IMG/VR virus record: IMGVR_UViG_3300031949_000103
Location: 1-37,185 of that record
DNA length: 37,185 nt
Reading direction: 5' to 3' (one strand)
From: a virus
Taxonomy: Duplodnaviria; Caudoviricetes
The notes below the pieces were generated by a model. That model was not told where the DNA came from and ran no database searches. It worked only from the letters and a program-made list of their open reading frames with translations. This document shows positions 1 to 7,418 of the stretch, in pieces (position 1 is the first letter of the stretch; each line of letters begins with the position of its first letter). The position numbers and the translations under genes are program-made.

Positions 1-12
1 GTGTTCCTGGTC

Positions 13-195
13 CTACCCTCCGTGAACTTTTCGGGCCGCGTCGAAACCGAACGAGGTCGTGCCGTCGGTTGAGCGAGCGACGACCAGCGTGCCGAGTTCA
101 GGATCGGAGACGATGAGGTCGAGGCGGGTCGCGGCGCTGTCCGTGCGTAGAGCGCGTGCCCAGTCCTGCTCTGCGATCGGTGGCTCGTTCAGCAT
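13..195 (-). CDS. hypothetical protein (60 aa, MLNEPPIAEQDW...)
   Basis: C-terminal part of ORF 13..315 from ATG at 195. Plausible composition but no clear SD. Confidence 0.35.
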   Translation of the reverse strand: MLNEPPIAEQDWARALRTDSAATRLDLIVSDPELGTLVVARSTDGTTSFGFDAARKVHGG

Positions 196-291
196 GGTCA
201 CCACGATGGCACGCGAGCTGCGCGAGCGGGGCCTCTCCCTCGGATGGCGGCTGTTATTCCCGCGGCTTACAGCCGAGGACAGCGCAGCTCG

Positions 292-402
292 TGCGGCGAT
301 GGGATTCGAACCCATGTCGACAGGCGCGACCCTGACGCTTCGGTTAGGGCTGGTTACCTACCTAGCCTGTTTTGGCCTGGTTACTCTCCGGGCACGACCG
401 CA
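292..402 (-). ncRNA. tRNA-like RNA with expanded anticodon loop (degenerate or atypical tRNA)
   Basis: Minus strand: acceptor GCGG(T)CG/CGCCGC-A, D-region TGCCCGGAGAGTAACCAGGCCAAA, stem ACAGGC/GCCTGT enclosing 39 nt, 4-nt variable region, perfect T arm ATGGG-TTCGAAT-CCCAT. Confidence 0.6.
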
Positions 403-405
403 TGG

Positions 406-783
406 TCAGCGTACGCGGTGTCGGCAGAGCACGCCGTGATCGATCGCTCGCGTGAACACCGAGGAGAAAGCTGCCCGGCCTGCGACGTCACCCCATGACG
501 ATGCCCAACCGCATCCGTCACGCTCGCAGTTCAGCACGACGGCGCTGCCCTCTGCGCGCACGGTGATGTCCTGCATGTGGGTGGACAACTGCTCAACGGT
601 CACCGTGTGCTGCCCAGTCGCCATGTGCTCCTGGCGCCATCGTTCGCTCGGTGGGTTGGTGAGCCATTCCTGTGTCTCGGACCGCGCCGCGCGGCGCTGT
701 AGTTCTGACTGGGTAAGCGGTCGCCCGGCGCGGGCCTCGATCATGGCGTACAGCTTCCGGGTTTCGGGGTCCAGGTCGGTCAT
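406..783 (-). CDS. hypothetical protein
   Basis: ATGA overlap with the upstream gene stop at 780; MTDLDPETRKL...; CxxxxC motif. Confidence 0.65.
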   Translation of the reverse strand: MTDLDPETRKLYAMIEARAGRPLTQSELQRRAARSETQEWLTNPPSERWRQEHMATGQHTVTVEQLSTHMQDITVRAEGSAVVLNCERDGCGWASSWGDVAGRAAFSSVFTRAIDHGVLCRHRVR

Positions 784-1178
784 GTGGTGGGTCGCCATTC
801 CTCGCGGTATCCGTCGCGGCCGGCCATCGGCAGGGCGAGCAGGCGCACGGTCGGGCATGGGAGTTCGTGCATGTCGTGGCCGCAGAAGTCGGGGTGCTGG
901 CCGGGCTCGGCGCTGTGCAGGTCGAGGATGCGCCGCTTGGCGTCGACCTCGGTCAGCACGCGGGCCGGGTCCCAGCGGGCGATGTGCTCGGCGTCCTCGG
1001 CCGCACAGCAGGGCTCGGCGTACGCGGTCGTGATCCCCTCCACGTCGGCGGTGCCGAACTCGCTGATGCTGCTGACGCGCCAGGGTCCGGGCGTCGCCCC
1101 GCGCGACGCCCGCTCGTCGTCGTCCAGCTGGGTGCGCAGCCAGGTCGCCAGGTCGTCCATGCCGGTCATGCCGGTCAT
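780..1178 (-). CDS. DUF6221-like actinophage protein
   Basis: Motifs LATWLRTQLDDDE, HIARWDPARVLTEVDAKRRIL, CPTVRLLALP...YREEWRP; SD GGGAG. Confidence 0.8.
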   Translation of the reverse strand: MTGMTGMDDLATWLRTQLDDDERASRGATPGPWRVSSISEFGTADVEGITTAYAEPCCAAEDAEHIARWDPARVLTEVDAKRRILDLHSAEPGQHPDFCGHDMHELPCPTVRLLALPMAGRDGYREEWRPTT

Positions 1179-1188
1179 GCTCCCATCT

Positions 1189-1464
1189 TCACCATGAGCT
1201 GACATTGCGTGGTGCGGGTTCTTCGACCAGCTTCACACGCCGACTGGTATTACAGGTGGCACATGAGCTGCGGCAATTCGCGGGGTCGTATTTGGCGCCG
1301 CCCATGTGGAGTTCGATGATGTGGTCTACGTGGCCGCCTATCAGGGGTGCTGTGATCGTGCAGCCTTTGCTGCGGATGGTGCAGAGGTAGTGGTCGCGGG
1401 CGAGGATGTGGGCGCGGAAGTTGCGCCATCGGGTGTCTGATCCGGCCTCCCATGATCGGCTCAT
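1189..1464 (-). CDS. HNH endonuclease (likely packaging-associated, HK97 gp74-like)
   Basis: RDHYLC..C, HVDHIIELHMGG, NCRSSCATCN; about 91 aa; lies near the genome end. Confidence 0.85.
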   Translation of the reverse strand: MSRSWEAGSDTRWRNFRAHILARDHYLCTIRSKGCTITAPLIGGHVDHIIELHMGGAKYDPANCRSSCATCNTSRRVKLVEEPAPRNVSSW

Positions 1465-1637
1465 TGCGTCTGACAGGCTGGGCACAGGTCGCGGTGCCGT
1501 ACTGAGTCCCTGCCGTCTGCGCGTGTCTTCGACGGGAACCGCCATCCGTCTGCGTAGGCGGAGGCTCGGGCGCGGCTGACGAGGCGGTCGGCGAGCGGCA
1601 GTTCGTGGGCCGCGTGCTGGGCGGGGTTGGTGGTCAT
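1461..1637 (-). CDS. small protein (58 aa) missing from the ORF track, GW...DLCPAC half zinc-ribbon
   Basis: Hand translation: MTTNPAQHAAHELPLADRLVSRARASAYADGWRFPSKTRADGRDSVRHRDLCPACQTQ. SD GGAGG and ATGA overlaps at both ends. Confidence 0.75.
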   Translation of the reverse strand: MTTNPAQHAAHELPLADRLVSRARASAYADGWRFPSKTRADGRDSVRHRDLCPACQTQ

Positions 1638-1996
1638 GCGTCCTCCTGGGTGCTTGGTGCTGGTCCGGGGCCGCTGTCCCAGCCGCCTGTGAGCGTCTGT
1701 GAGCCGTCAGGATCGGCCGGGGTGGGCGCGGCGGCTACCACCGGGCCCTGGTCGGCGCTCTGTGGCGTTGTGAGTCGGCGGGAATCGCTATGTGCGGCGA
1801 GGCGATGCCTGCCGGTCTGTCGGGCGTGGTGGAGGGTGGCCCACACCTGGGCGTCCATGAGGGCGAGGCGCTGACATTCCGGGTTTTCGTTCGTCCAGGA
1901 CCGGGCGAGCCCGGCGAGGGCCTCCTGTTCGTAGTCGAGTCGGGTGCCCTGTTCGGTGATGCGGCGGGCGTGGTCGTGGTGGTCGGCGGCGGTCAT
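1634..1996 (-). CDS. hypothetical protein
   Basis: SD GGAGG, ATGA overlaps; MTAADHHDHARR... Confidence 0.7.
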   Translation of the reverse strand: MTAADHHDHARRITEQGTRLDYEQEALAGLARSWTNENPECQRLALMDAQVWATLHHARQTGRHRLAAHSDSRRLTTPQSADQGPVVAAAPTPADPDGSQTLTGGWDSGPGPAPSTQEDA

Positions 1997-2223
1997 GCGT
2001 CCTCCCAGACTTCGACGGTGAAGCGGGCGAGATCCACGCGCAGCCAGGCGATGAGCGTGCACAGCCCGTCAGCGTCGGGTTTGCGGCCCTCGGCGAGGCG
2101 GCTGAACGTCGAGGGCGACAGGCCGGTGCGGGCGGCGACGTCGCGCCAGGTGAGCTCCTGGTGTGAGCGGATGAGGTCGAGGGCGGCGTAGAGCGCCGGG
2201 ACGTCGAGCTGCTGGCGGCTCAT
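1993..2223 (-). CDS. XRE-family helix-turn-helix protein
   Basis: LTWRDVAARTGLSPSTFSRLAEGRKPD; ATGA overlap at 2220. Confidence 0.85.
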   Translation of the reverse strand: MSRQQLDVPALYAALDLIRSHQELTWRDVAARTGLSPSTFSRLAEGRKPDADGLCTLIAWLRVDLARFTVEVWEDA

Positions 2224-2456
2224 GCCGGCCATCCGGTGCCGGGGTGCCGCGCGGGGGCCGGGGCGAGGGTGTCGGGTCGGCGCGATGCCGCCCAGTGCTC
2301 GTAATGGGTGCGCTGCGGCGAGGCGAGGTCGGCAGCGTCGGTCAGGTACGGATCGATGCCGGCGTCGTGGAGCGTGAGGTAGGCGTCTGAGCACTCGTAT
2401 TCGCTGGTGTAGGTGTTGTGGATCATCGGTTCGCCGCAGCACATCGGTTCGGTCAT
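2220..2456 (-). CDS. hypothetical protein (MCCGEPM motif)
   Basis: Coupled ORF with SD GGAGG. Confidence 0.7.
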   Translation of the reverse strand: MTEPMCCGEPMIHNTYTSEYECSDAYLTLHDAGIDPYLTDAADLASPQRTHYEHWAASRRPDTLAPAPARHPGTGWPA

Positions 2457-2827
2457 GCGGTCCTCCGGTCGGGGGTGAGCAGGCCGGCGCGGACGGCGCG
2501 GCGGTAGGCGACGTCGACGGTGTTCTTCTTCATGCCGAGCCGTTCGGCGATGTGGGAGCGGCTGTAGCCCTCGCTGCGGAGCAGGTCGTAGTCGGCGGCG
2601 AAGTGCCGGGTCCGGCGCTGGTCGCGGCGGCGCTCGGCGAGCTGGTCGACGGTGCCGGCGGCCCAGTGGGTCTGGTAGCAGGACTGGCAGGCGCCGCGGG
2701 CGTGTGCCGGCCGGGCCGGGTGGCAGGTGGCGGCGGGGACGAGGACGTGGCGGCCGGGTCGGCTGCGGAGCAGGAGCCGGCGGGCGGCGGCCTCGAAGGC
2801 TGGGAGCTGGTCGAGCAGGTCGGTCAC
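2453..2827 (-). CDS. putative zinc-binding/HTH DNA-binding protein (candidate late regulator)
   Basis: CH...ARGACQSCY, then GYSRSHIAERLGMKKNTV HTH-like segment. Confidence 0.65.
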   Translation of the reverse strand: MTDLLDQLPAFEAAARRLLLRSRPGRHVLVPAATCHPARPAHARGACQSCYQTHWAAGTVDQLAERRRDQRRTRHFAADYDLLRSEGYSRSHIAERLGMKKNTVDVAYRRAVRAGLLTPDRRTA

Positions 2828-2997
2828 GGCTTGGCCTTCTTCCGGTCGACGCGGCGGATGAGCTGGCGGGCGAGGTCGAGGTGGGTGGTGCAGAGGAGGA
2901 GTTCGCCGAGGATGTCGACGGCGGGTTCGCCGCAGCCGAGGTATTTGCCGGTGTAGCGGCAGCGGACGACGGTGGGGGTTTTGGTGGGCACGGTCAT
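2824..2997 (-). CDS. small Cys/His protein
   Basis: SD AAGGAG; RC...GCGEPA...LCTTH. Confidence 0.65.
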   Translation of the reverse strand: MTVPTKTPTVVRCRYTGKYLGCGEPAVDILGELLLCTTHLDLARQLIRRVDRKKAKP

Positions 2998-3022
2998 CTC
3001 CTTCTCGGGGTTGCGGGATGGG

Positions 3023-3208
3023 GTGGACGGATCGGAAAGGCGTTCCCCCCTCTTACAGAGGGGGAGGGAAACGTCCACCTGGGCCGCGTCCACCCCCGTC
3101 CACCTATGCGTCCACCCTCTGAGCTGGGGTTCTGTGTTTTCGCGTCCACCCCCGTCCACCTTTCGTCCAGGTGGACGGTGAAATGCCGGCGTCCACCTCG
3201 CCGTCCAC
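3023..3208. repeat. iteron-like CGTCCAC cluster plus palindrome; candidate replication origin
   Basis: Eight direct CGTCCAC (3072, 3087, 3097, 3109, 3143, 3153, 3190, 3202), two inverted (3023, 3171) and CCCCCTCT-TAC-AGAGGGGG at 3046-3064, directly downstream of the primase-helicase. Confidence 0.75.
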
Positions 3209-3223
3209 TTGTCGCATGCCTAG

Positions 3224-4900
3224 TCATGACTGCCTCAGGTAGTACTTCGACGGGTCGCCGCCGGCCTGCCCGGGGACGCAGGACAGCAGGCCCTGATCGA
3301 CCCTGCGGTCGAGGTCCCGCATGGCCTTCTTCTTCAGTGCCGGGGTCGGCTTCGTGACGCCGTATCGCTGCATGGCCCAGTCGTGGGCGGTCAGGCCGCG
3401 CACACCGCAGCGACGCACCAGCGCGACGAGGTCGACGCCTTCCTCGACCTCGCTGACGCCCTTCTCGTGGTCGTGGGCGACCTGGAACGGGCCCACCTCG
3501 GCCTCGGGCTGCTTCAGGTGCCGCCAGCCCACCACCGGGTCGCCGGCCTCGCCCCAGAGCAGGGCGACCGACCCGGCCCCGGCGGTGAGCCAGGTGGATC
3601 CGTAGATGTCGTCGAGGGTGTTCGGCTGCTTGTTGTCCGACCCGGACTTGCGCATGTGGTGCAGCTCGATGACCTCGACGCCCTCGGACAGGGCGTTCTG
3701 CCGGGCGCGGTTGTAGCCGGCGCCGACCTCGTCCTTGGAGATGCCGACCGCCGCGTCCTTGATGCTGTCGATGAACAGGGTGTCCGCGCCCGCGTCCTCG
3801 CACATCTCGATGAGCAGGGACGGGTGGGCCGCCACGTCCTGGGGCGGCGGCCCCTTCCAGACGATGAAACGCTCGTCGAGCAGCTCCCGCTCCTGCTCGG
3901 TGAAGACCCGCGCCGCCGCCCGGCGGAACTGTGCGGGCCGGTCCATGACCAGGTAGAGCACCTTGCCGCCGGACTGCGCCACCGAGTAGCCGAGCACCTT
4001 GCTCTGAATTCCCAGCCGCCCCCGCAGCAGTTGCAGGGCGACGGTGGTCTTGCCGACCCCGGACGGGCCGCACAGCATGAGCGCCTCGCCCTGGGCCCAG
4101 ATGACGTCCTTGCCGTCGCCCCACACGGCGGGCGCGACGCTGGGCACGTCGAGGACGAACGACCCGCCCTTCAGGAAGGCGAACCCGCTGCGGCGTTCCC
4201 CGATCCCGGGTGGCAGGTAGTCCTCGAAGTCGGTGAGCCCGTGGCCGGCGGCGATGTGGTCGCTGGCGTCCTTGCCCTCGGCGGCCCGGACGAAGCGGTA
4301 CTTCTCCGCGACGCCTTCGAGCTTCGCCGCGACCTGCACCGCCCACTTGTCCCCGGCTGCGTCCCGGTCGACGACGACGGTTATCCACAGGCCGGCAAGG
4401 GGTGTGACGTCGGCTTTGTGGAAAGAGTCGGCTCCCTGTGGGGCGGTGGTCGCCACGCCGCTGGCCGCCTCGATGGCGTGGACGTCGGCCTCCCCCTCGA
4501 CCAGGAAGACGGTCTTGCCGGGCTCGGCCCCGGCGAGGTTCTCGCGGTGGTAGAGCACCGAGGCCCCGCCGGCGCCGGTCTGACGGAACTTCTTCTTGCC
4601 TCGGTCGTCGTAGAACCGGCTGACGGTACGGCCGTCGTCGTAGCGGTAGGTGGCCGACCGCTCGTCGTAGAGGTCGGCCATGGTGAGGTCGAGCGCGCCG
4701 AGGACGTCCCTGGTGTCGCACTCGGGGTTGTGGCACCAGACCAGCGCGCGGCCGGCGATACCGGTGACGGACAGGCTGGCGTTGTGGTCGTCGTGGGACG
4801 GGCATTGCGCCTCGGCCTTCCGCCCGTTGTGCCCCTCGATGACCTTCGAGCCGTGCGCCCGGAGCGCCGAGAGTACCCGCGCATATGCGGTTTCACTCAT
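3224..4900 (-). CDS. bifunctional DNA primase-helicase (Zn finger + TOPRIM + RecA-like/AAA_25 helicase)
   Basis: CPSHDDHNASLS...CHNPEC; FLVEGEADV and DRD TOPRIM motifs; Walker A GPSGVGKTT; Walker B LFIDS; LHHMRK. Confidence 0.92.
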   Translation of the reverse strand: MSETAYARVLSALRAHGSKVIEGHNGRKAEAQCPSHDDHNASLSVTGIAGRALVWCHNPECDTRDVLGALDLTMADLYDERSATYRYDDGRTVSRFYDDRGKKKFRQTGAGGASVLYHRENLAGAEPGKTVFLVEGEADVHAIEAASGVATTAPQGADSFHKADVTPLAGLWITVVVDRDAAGDKWAVQVAAKLEGVAEKYRFVRAAEGKDASDHIAAGHGLTDFEDYLPPGIGERRSGFAFLKGGSFVLDVPSVAPAVWGDGKDVIWAQGEALMLCGPSGVGKTTVALQLLRGRLGIQSKVLGYSVAQSGGKVLYLVMDRPAQFRRAAARVFTEQERELLDERFIVWKGPPPQDVAAHPSLLIEMCEDAGADTLFIDSIKDAAVGISKDEVGAGYNRARQNALSEGVEVIELHHMRKSGSDNKQPNTLDDIYGSTWLTAGAGSVALLWGEAGDPVVGWRHLKQPEAEVGPFQVAHDHEKGVSEVEEGVDLVALVRRCGVRGLTAHDWAMQRYGVTKPTPALKKKAMRDLDRRVDQGLLSCVPGQAGGDPSKYYLRQS

Positions 4901-5102
4901 TGGATCGCCCGGCGTTGTAGCCCTGCTCCCACCCCTTGTTGAATCCGAGCCCGTAGGCGTCGAGGAATTCAGCGTCGGTAAACGGGCGGTTGCTCTCCGG
5001 CGCCTTTTCTTGGTCCGGTTCCCCGATCACGTTTTCGATGTACCTGTCGAATGCTTTGCTCTGGCGTGGATCTGGGCGCCAGGTGCCCTCGGGCTCGGTC
5101 AC
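4893..5102 (-). CDS. hypothetical protein
   Basis: Coupled to both neighbours; C-terminal GFNKGWEQGYNAG. Confidence 0.7.
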   Translation of the reverse strand: MTEPEGTWRPDPRQSKAFDRYIENVIGEPDQEKAPESNRPFTDAEFLDAYGLGFNKGWEQGYNAGRSNE

Positions 5103-5329
5103 CGCGCGCCTGACGTGCTGGTGTGATGCAACACGCGGGGGCGGTTGTTCCGCAGAGGGTGATGCCGTGGCAACATAGGGCCAGGGCTCCTTCCGGTTCG
5201 GTCAAGCGAACGGAGTGCCTTAGTCCCGGGATCTGGCGTCGCAAGCGCCTTTTCCTGGGCACCCAATTCTCTCAGCCCGCGCCGCATTTCGATCTCTTGG
5301 CGCGCCGGATTCCCTGCCTTTGTGATCAC
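5099..5329 (-). CDS. hypothetical protein
   Basis: SD GAGGT before GTG and a GTGA overlap downstream, but atypical composition. Confidence 0.45.
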   Translation of the reverse strand: MITKAGNPARQEIEMRRGLRELGAQEKALATPDPGTKALRSLDRTGRSPGPMLPRHHPLRNNRPRVLHHTSTSGAR

Positions 5330-5345
5330 TATTACCTCGTGCTCT

Positions 5346-5398
5346 GCTATTCGCCGACTCGGCGCATTCCCACGGTCACTGAATGCGCTATTCGCATT
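5346..5398. promoter_or_regulatory. candidate operator/promoter upstream of the replication genes
   Basis: GCTATTCGC twice (5346, 5387); inverted repeats GCGCATTC/GAATGCGC and AATGCG-CTATT-CGCATT in an AT-richer gap. Confidence 0.45.
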
Positions 5399-5436
5399 GC
5401 GGCCCGGCCGCTATCGGGGTGGTGACATCGGCCGTG

Positions 5437-5733
5437 TCAGGCGCCTCCCCTCTCGCCCAGCGCCGCGAACAGGTCGAGCTGAACCACTCGGGCAGCCGGC
5501 GGCTCGACGACGTGGCCGGCAGCCCGGCACGTCCGGGCGATCAGGTCCCGGTGGAAGCGGACGAGGGCCCACCAGGTTCGGGGACCGCTGTGGCCGCCGA
5601 CGCCGTTTCCGTAGCGCCGGTTCGCGTTGAGGTGGGCCACTTCGATCTGGAATCGGTGCTCGCGCAGGACGGGCTTGGCGTCCAGCCACGCCGTGCGGGC
5701 GGCGGTGCACGGTGGGCACAGTGGGGCGCTCAC
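5437..5733 (-). CDS. hypothetical protein (CxxC)
   Basis: Coupled ORF; LCPPC...TCRAAGH; QLDLF motif. Confidence 0.7.
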   Translation of the reverse strand: MSAPLCPPCTAARTAWLDAKPVLREHRFQIEVAHLNANRRYGNGVGGHSGPRTWWALVRFHRDLIARTCRAAGHVVEPPAARVVQLDLFAALGERGGA

Positions 5734-5906
5734 GGCAGCTCCAAGTCGTCGGCGGTGACGAGCCCGTGGTGCATGGCGAGACCGCAGCGGCAGAACCGCT
5801 GCCCGGTGATCGGGTCGCCAGGCACGTCGGGGTCGACGGCGAAGATGCCGCCGCAGCGCTGCTTCACGGTGGACTTCGCACCCGGCTTCGCACTTCGCGC
5901 GGTCAC
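5730..5906 (-). CDS. small Cys-containing protein
   Basis: GTGA overlaps at both ends; FCRCGL. Confidence 0.6.
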   Translation of the reverse strand: MTARSAKPGAKSTVKQRCGGIFAVDPDVPGDPITGQRFCRCGLAMHHGLVTADDLELP

Positions 5907-6235
5907 GGCGCGCCGCCGAGCTTGAACGGCCGAACCTCGTAGACCCAACCCGTGTCGACGAAGCGGCCGTCTCGGCGCTCCTCCCACCGCAGGGTCCGAT
6001 CAGGGCTGTCTTCCTGCGCGGCCCGCTTGCCCGTCTCGGCGCTTTCGGTGGCCGTGAGGATCGACGCCTCGTCTCGGTCGAAGGTGACCCAAACGGTCAG
6101 GTCCCGCTCGACGATGGCCAGCACGGCGGTCAGGGCCTTGACCATCCCGGCGTCGATCTGGGCGATGCTGTCTGTCGGCGTGGCCAGGAAGACGTCGAGC
6201 GCCAGCTGCACCATCTCGTCGGTCGGCTCGATCAC
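5903..6235 (-). CDS. hypothetical protein
   Basis: SD GGAGG; IEPTDEMV...ALTAVLAIVERD, a pattern typical of actinophage proteins. Confidence 0.75.
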   Translation of the reverse strand: MIEPTDEMVQLALDVFLATPTDSIAQIDAGMVKALTAVLAIVERDLTVWVTFDRDEASILTATESAETGKRAAQEDSPDRTLRWEERRDGRFVDTGWVYEVRPFKLGGAP

Positions 6236-6426
6236 CGGGCACCTCCCCGGCGGACCGGCCGGTGCCGCCGGGCACGCAGCCACCACGTGGTGTCAGCCCG
6301 GCCGAGATGCAGGGTCAGACGGGCGTACCGCAGCATCAGGACCCGGAGGGCGGGCGGATCCTGGTAGTGGGCTCGGTACCGGTCCCAGGCGGTAAGCCTG
6401 CGACGGGCGTGCGCACGACTACTCAC
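6232..6426 (-). CDS. basic hypothetical protein
   Basis: GTGA overlaps at both ends. Confidence 0.6.
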   Translation of the reverse strand: MSSRAHARRRLTAWDRYRAHYQDPPALRVLMLRYARLTLHLGRADTTWWLRARRHRPVRRGGAR

Positions 6427-6737
6427 GGCAGCCCCGCCCCGTGGTTGTGCGGGCCGGGGTCGCCGCAGAAGCCGTCCGAGTCGTCGAGCGCCTGGCGCCC
6501 TTGGTGGACCGGGCAGGCCGGGTTGGGTCCGGCCGCCGGGTAGAGCTGGCCGATGGAGTCGAGGAACCTCGCGCCCTCGGCGGTGACCACCGCGTGCTCG
6601 CCCACCTCGGCGATGAGCTTGTTCCACGCGCAGTACGACAGCGCCGTGGCGTCGAGGATGTCCGTGGGGTCGGGGAATCCGGCCTGGACGGTCCGCAGGA
6701 CGTGGACGATGTCGCGGGCGTCGACGGCCTCAGCCAC
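6423..6737 (-). CDS. hypothetical protein
   Basis: GTG start overlapping the upstream stop; GC3-rich codons. Confidence 0.7.
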   Translation of the reverse strand: MAEAVDARDIVHVLRTVQAGFPDPTDILDATALSYCAWNKLIAEVGEHAVVTAEGARFLDSIGQLYPAAGPNPACPVHQGRQALDDSDGFCGDPGPHNHGAGLP

Positions 6738-6864
6738 GGCGACCACCTGCCCGGCGTTGCGCCCAGCAGGCGATGCCGTGCCGGACCAGCGCGTACGGCA
6801 TCAGCAGGATCACCAGCGGCAGGGCCTTGCGGCAGGACCGGCCGAGCGGATGACGGTCAGCCAC
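6730..6864 (-). CDS. 44-aa hydrophobic micro-protein missing from the ORF track
   Basis: Hand translation: MADRHPLGRSCRKALPLVILLMPYALVRHGIACWAQRRAGGRRG. SD AAGGAGG; fills the gap exactly. Confidence 0.7.
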   Translation of the reverse strand: MADRHPLGRSCRKALPLVILLMPYALVRHGIACWAQRRAGGRRG

Positions 6865-7192
6865 GGCGGGCCTCCTTACGGGCGGCCTGTAGCCGCCGCA
6901 TCTCGTCGCCCTCGTCGAGGGCCTGGCGTAGCTGGTTGAGCCGCTTGCGGACCTGCCCTCCAGCGAGCGGTGTCGCAGCGGTGATGGCCGCGTCCAGTTG
7001 TGCGCGGATGGCTGGGCAGTCGCACGGCCCGGGCGCGTCAGCCTCGGCGGGCTGGCCAGCCTGGTACGCCTCCTGGATGGCGGCGTACACCGACTTGTTG
7101 GACCGGTCCAGGGCCTTCACCCACCGGCTGTAGATCCGGTACGGCTTGGTCTTGTCCCACCCCTGATCGGGGCCTTTCATCAGCTCAGCCAC
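6857..7192 (-). CDS. hypothetical protein
   Basis: SD GGAGGT; coupled to neighbours. Confidence 0.7.
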   Translation of the reverse strand: MAELMKGPDQGWDKTKPYRIYSRWVKALDRSNKSVYAAIQEAYQAGQPAEADAPGPCDCPAIRAQLDAAITAATPLAGGQVRKRLNQLRQALDEGDEMRRLQAARKEARRG

Positions 7193-7418
7193 GGCGGGCA
7201 CCTCCCGAGGCGCAGTTCGGGCAGTCGGCCTCGTAGGTGGTGCGGATCGCGTCACCGGTCGAGGTCAGGATCGTGCCGCACCGGGTGCTGTAGCAGTGCC
7301 CGGCCGCACGCTCGAACCAGTGCTTGGCGATGGTGTGGACGGTGCCGGCCTTGCGGTCGACGCGGACCTTGTCGGCCGTCCCGCTGACCTTCTCGGAGGC
7401 GATCTTCGCGGCCGTCAC
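7185..7418 (-). CDS. small zinc-binding protein
   Basis: H...TRCG...DCPNC. Confidence 0.7.
   Translation of the reverse strand: MTAAKIASEKVSGTADKVRVDRKAGTVHTIAKHWFERAAGHCYSTRCGTILTSTGDAIRTTYEADCPNCASGGARRG

Noticed and set aside
200-291. HDV-like (theta) ribozyme after the tRNA-like RNA
   Set aside because: A P1-like stem exists, but there is no P1.1 GG, no P2 partner downstream and no J4/2 motif.
292-402. Canonical decoding tRNA or tmRNA
   Set aside because: The anticodon loop is 39 nt, the acceptor has a bulge, there is no G3-U70 and no room for a tag reading frame.
3023-3208. CRISPR array
   Set aside because: Repeats are 7 bp (at most 21 bp twice) with irregular short spacing, and there are no cas genes.
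2994-4942. Long alternative ORFs (2994..4805 minus, 3383..4942 plus) and similar ones elsewhere, e.g. 7652..8962, 23120..24976, 25470..26723
   Set aside because: Arg/Pro/Gly-rich or antisense shadow frames of real genes, as expected at high GC; no motifs or SD.
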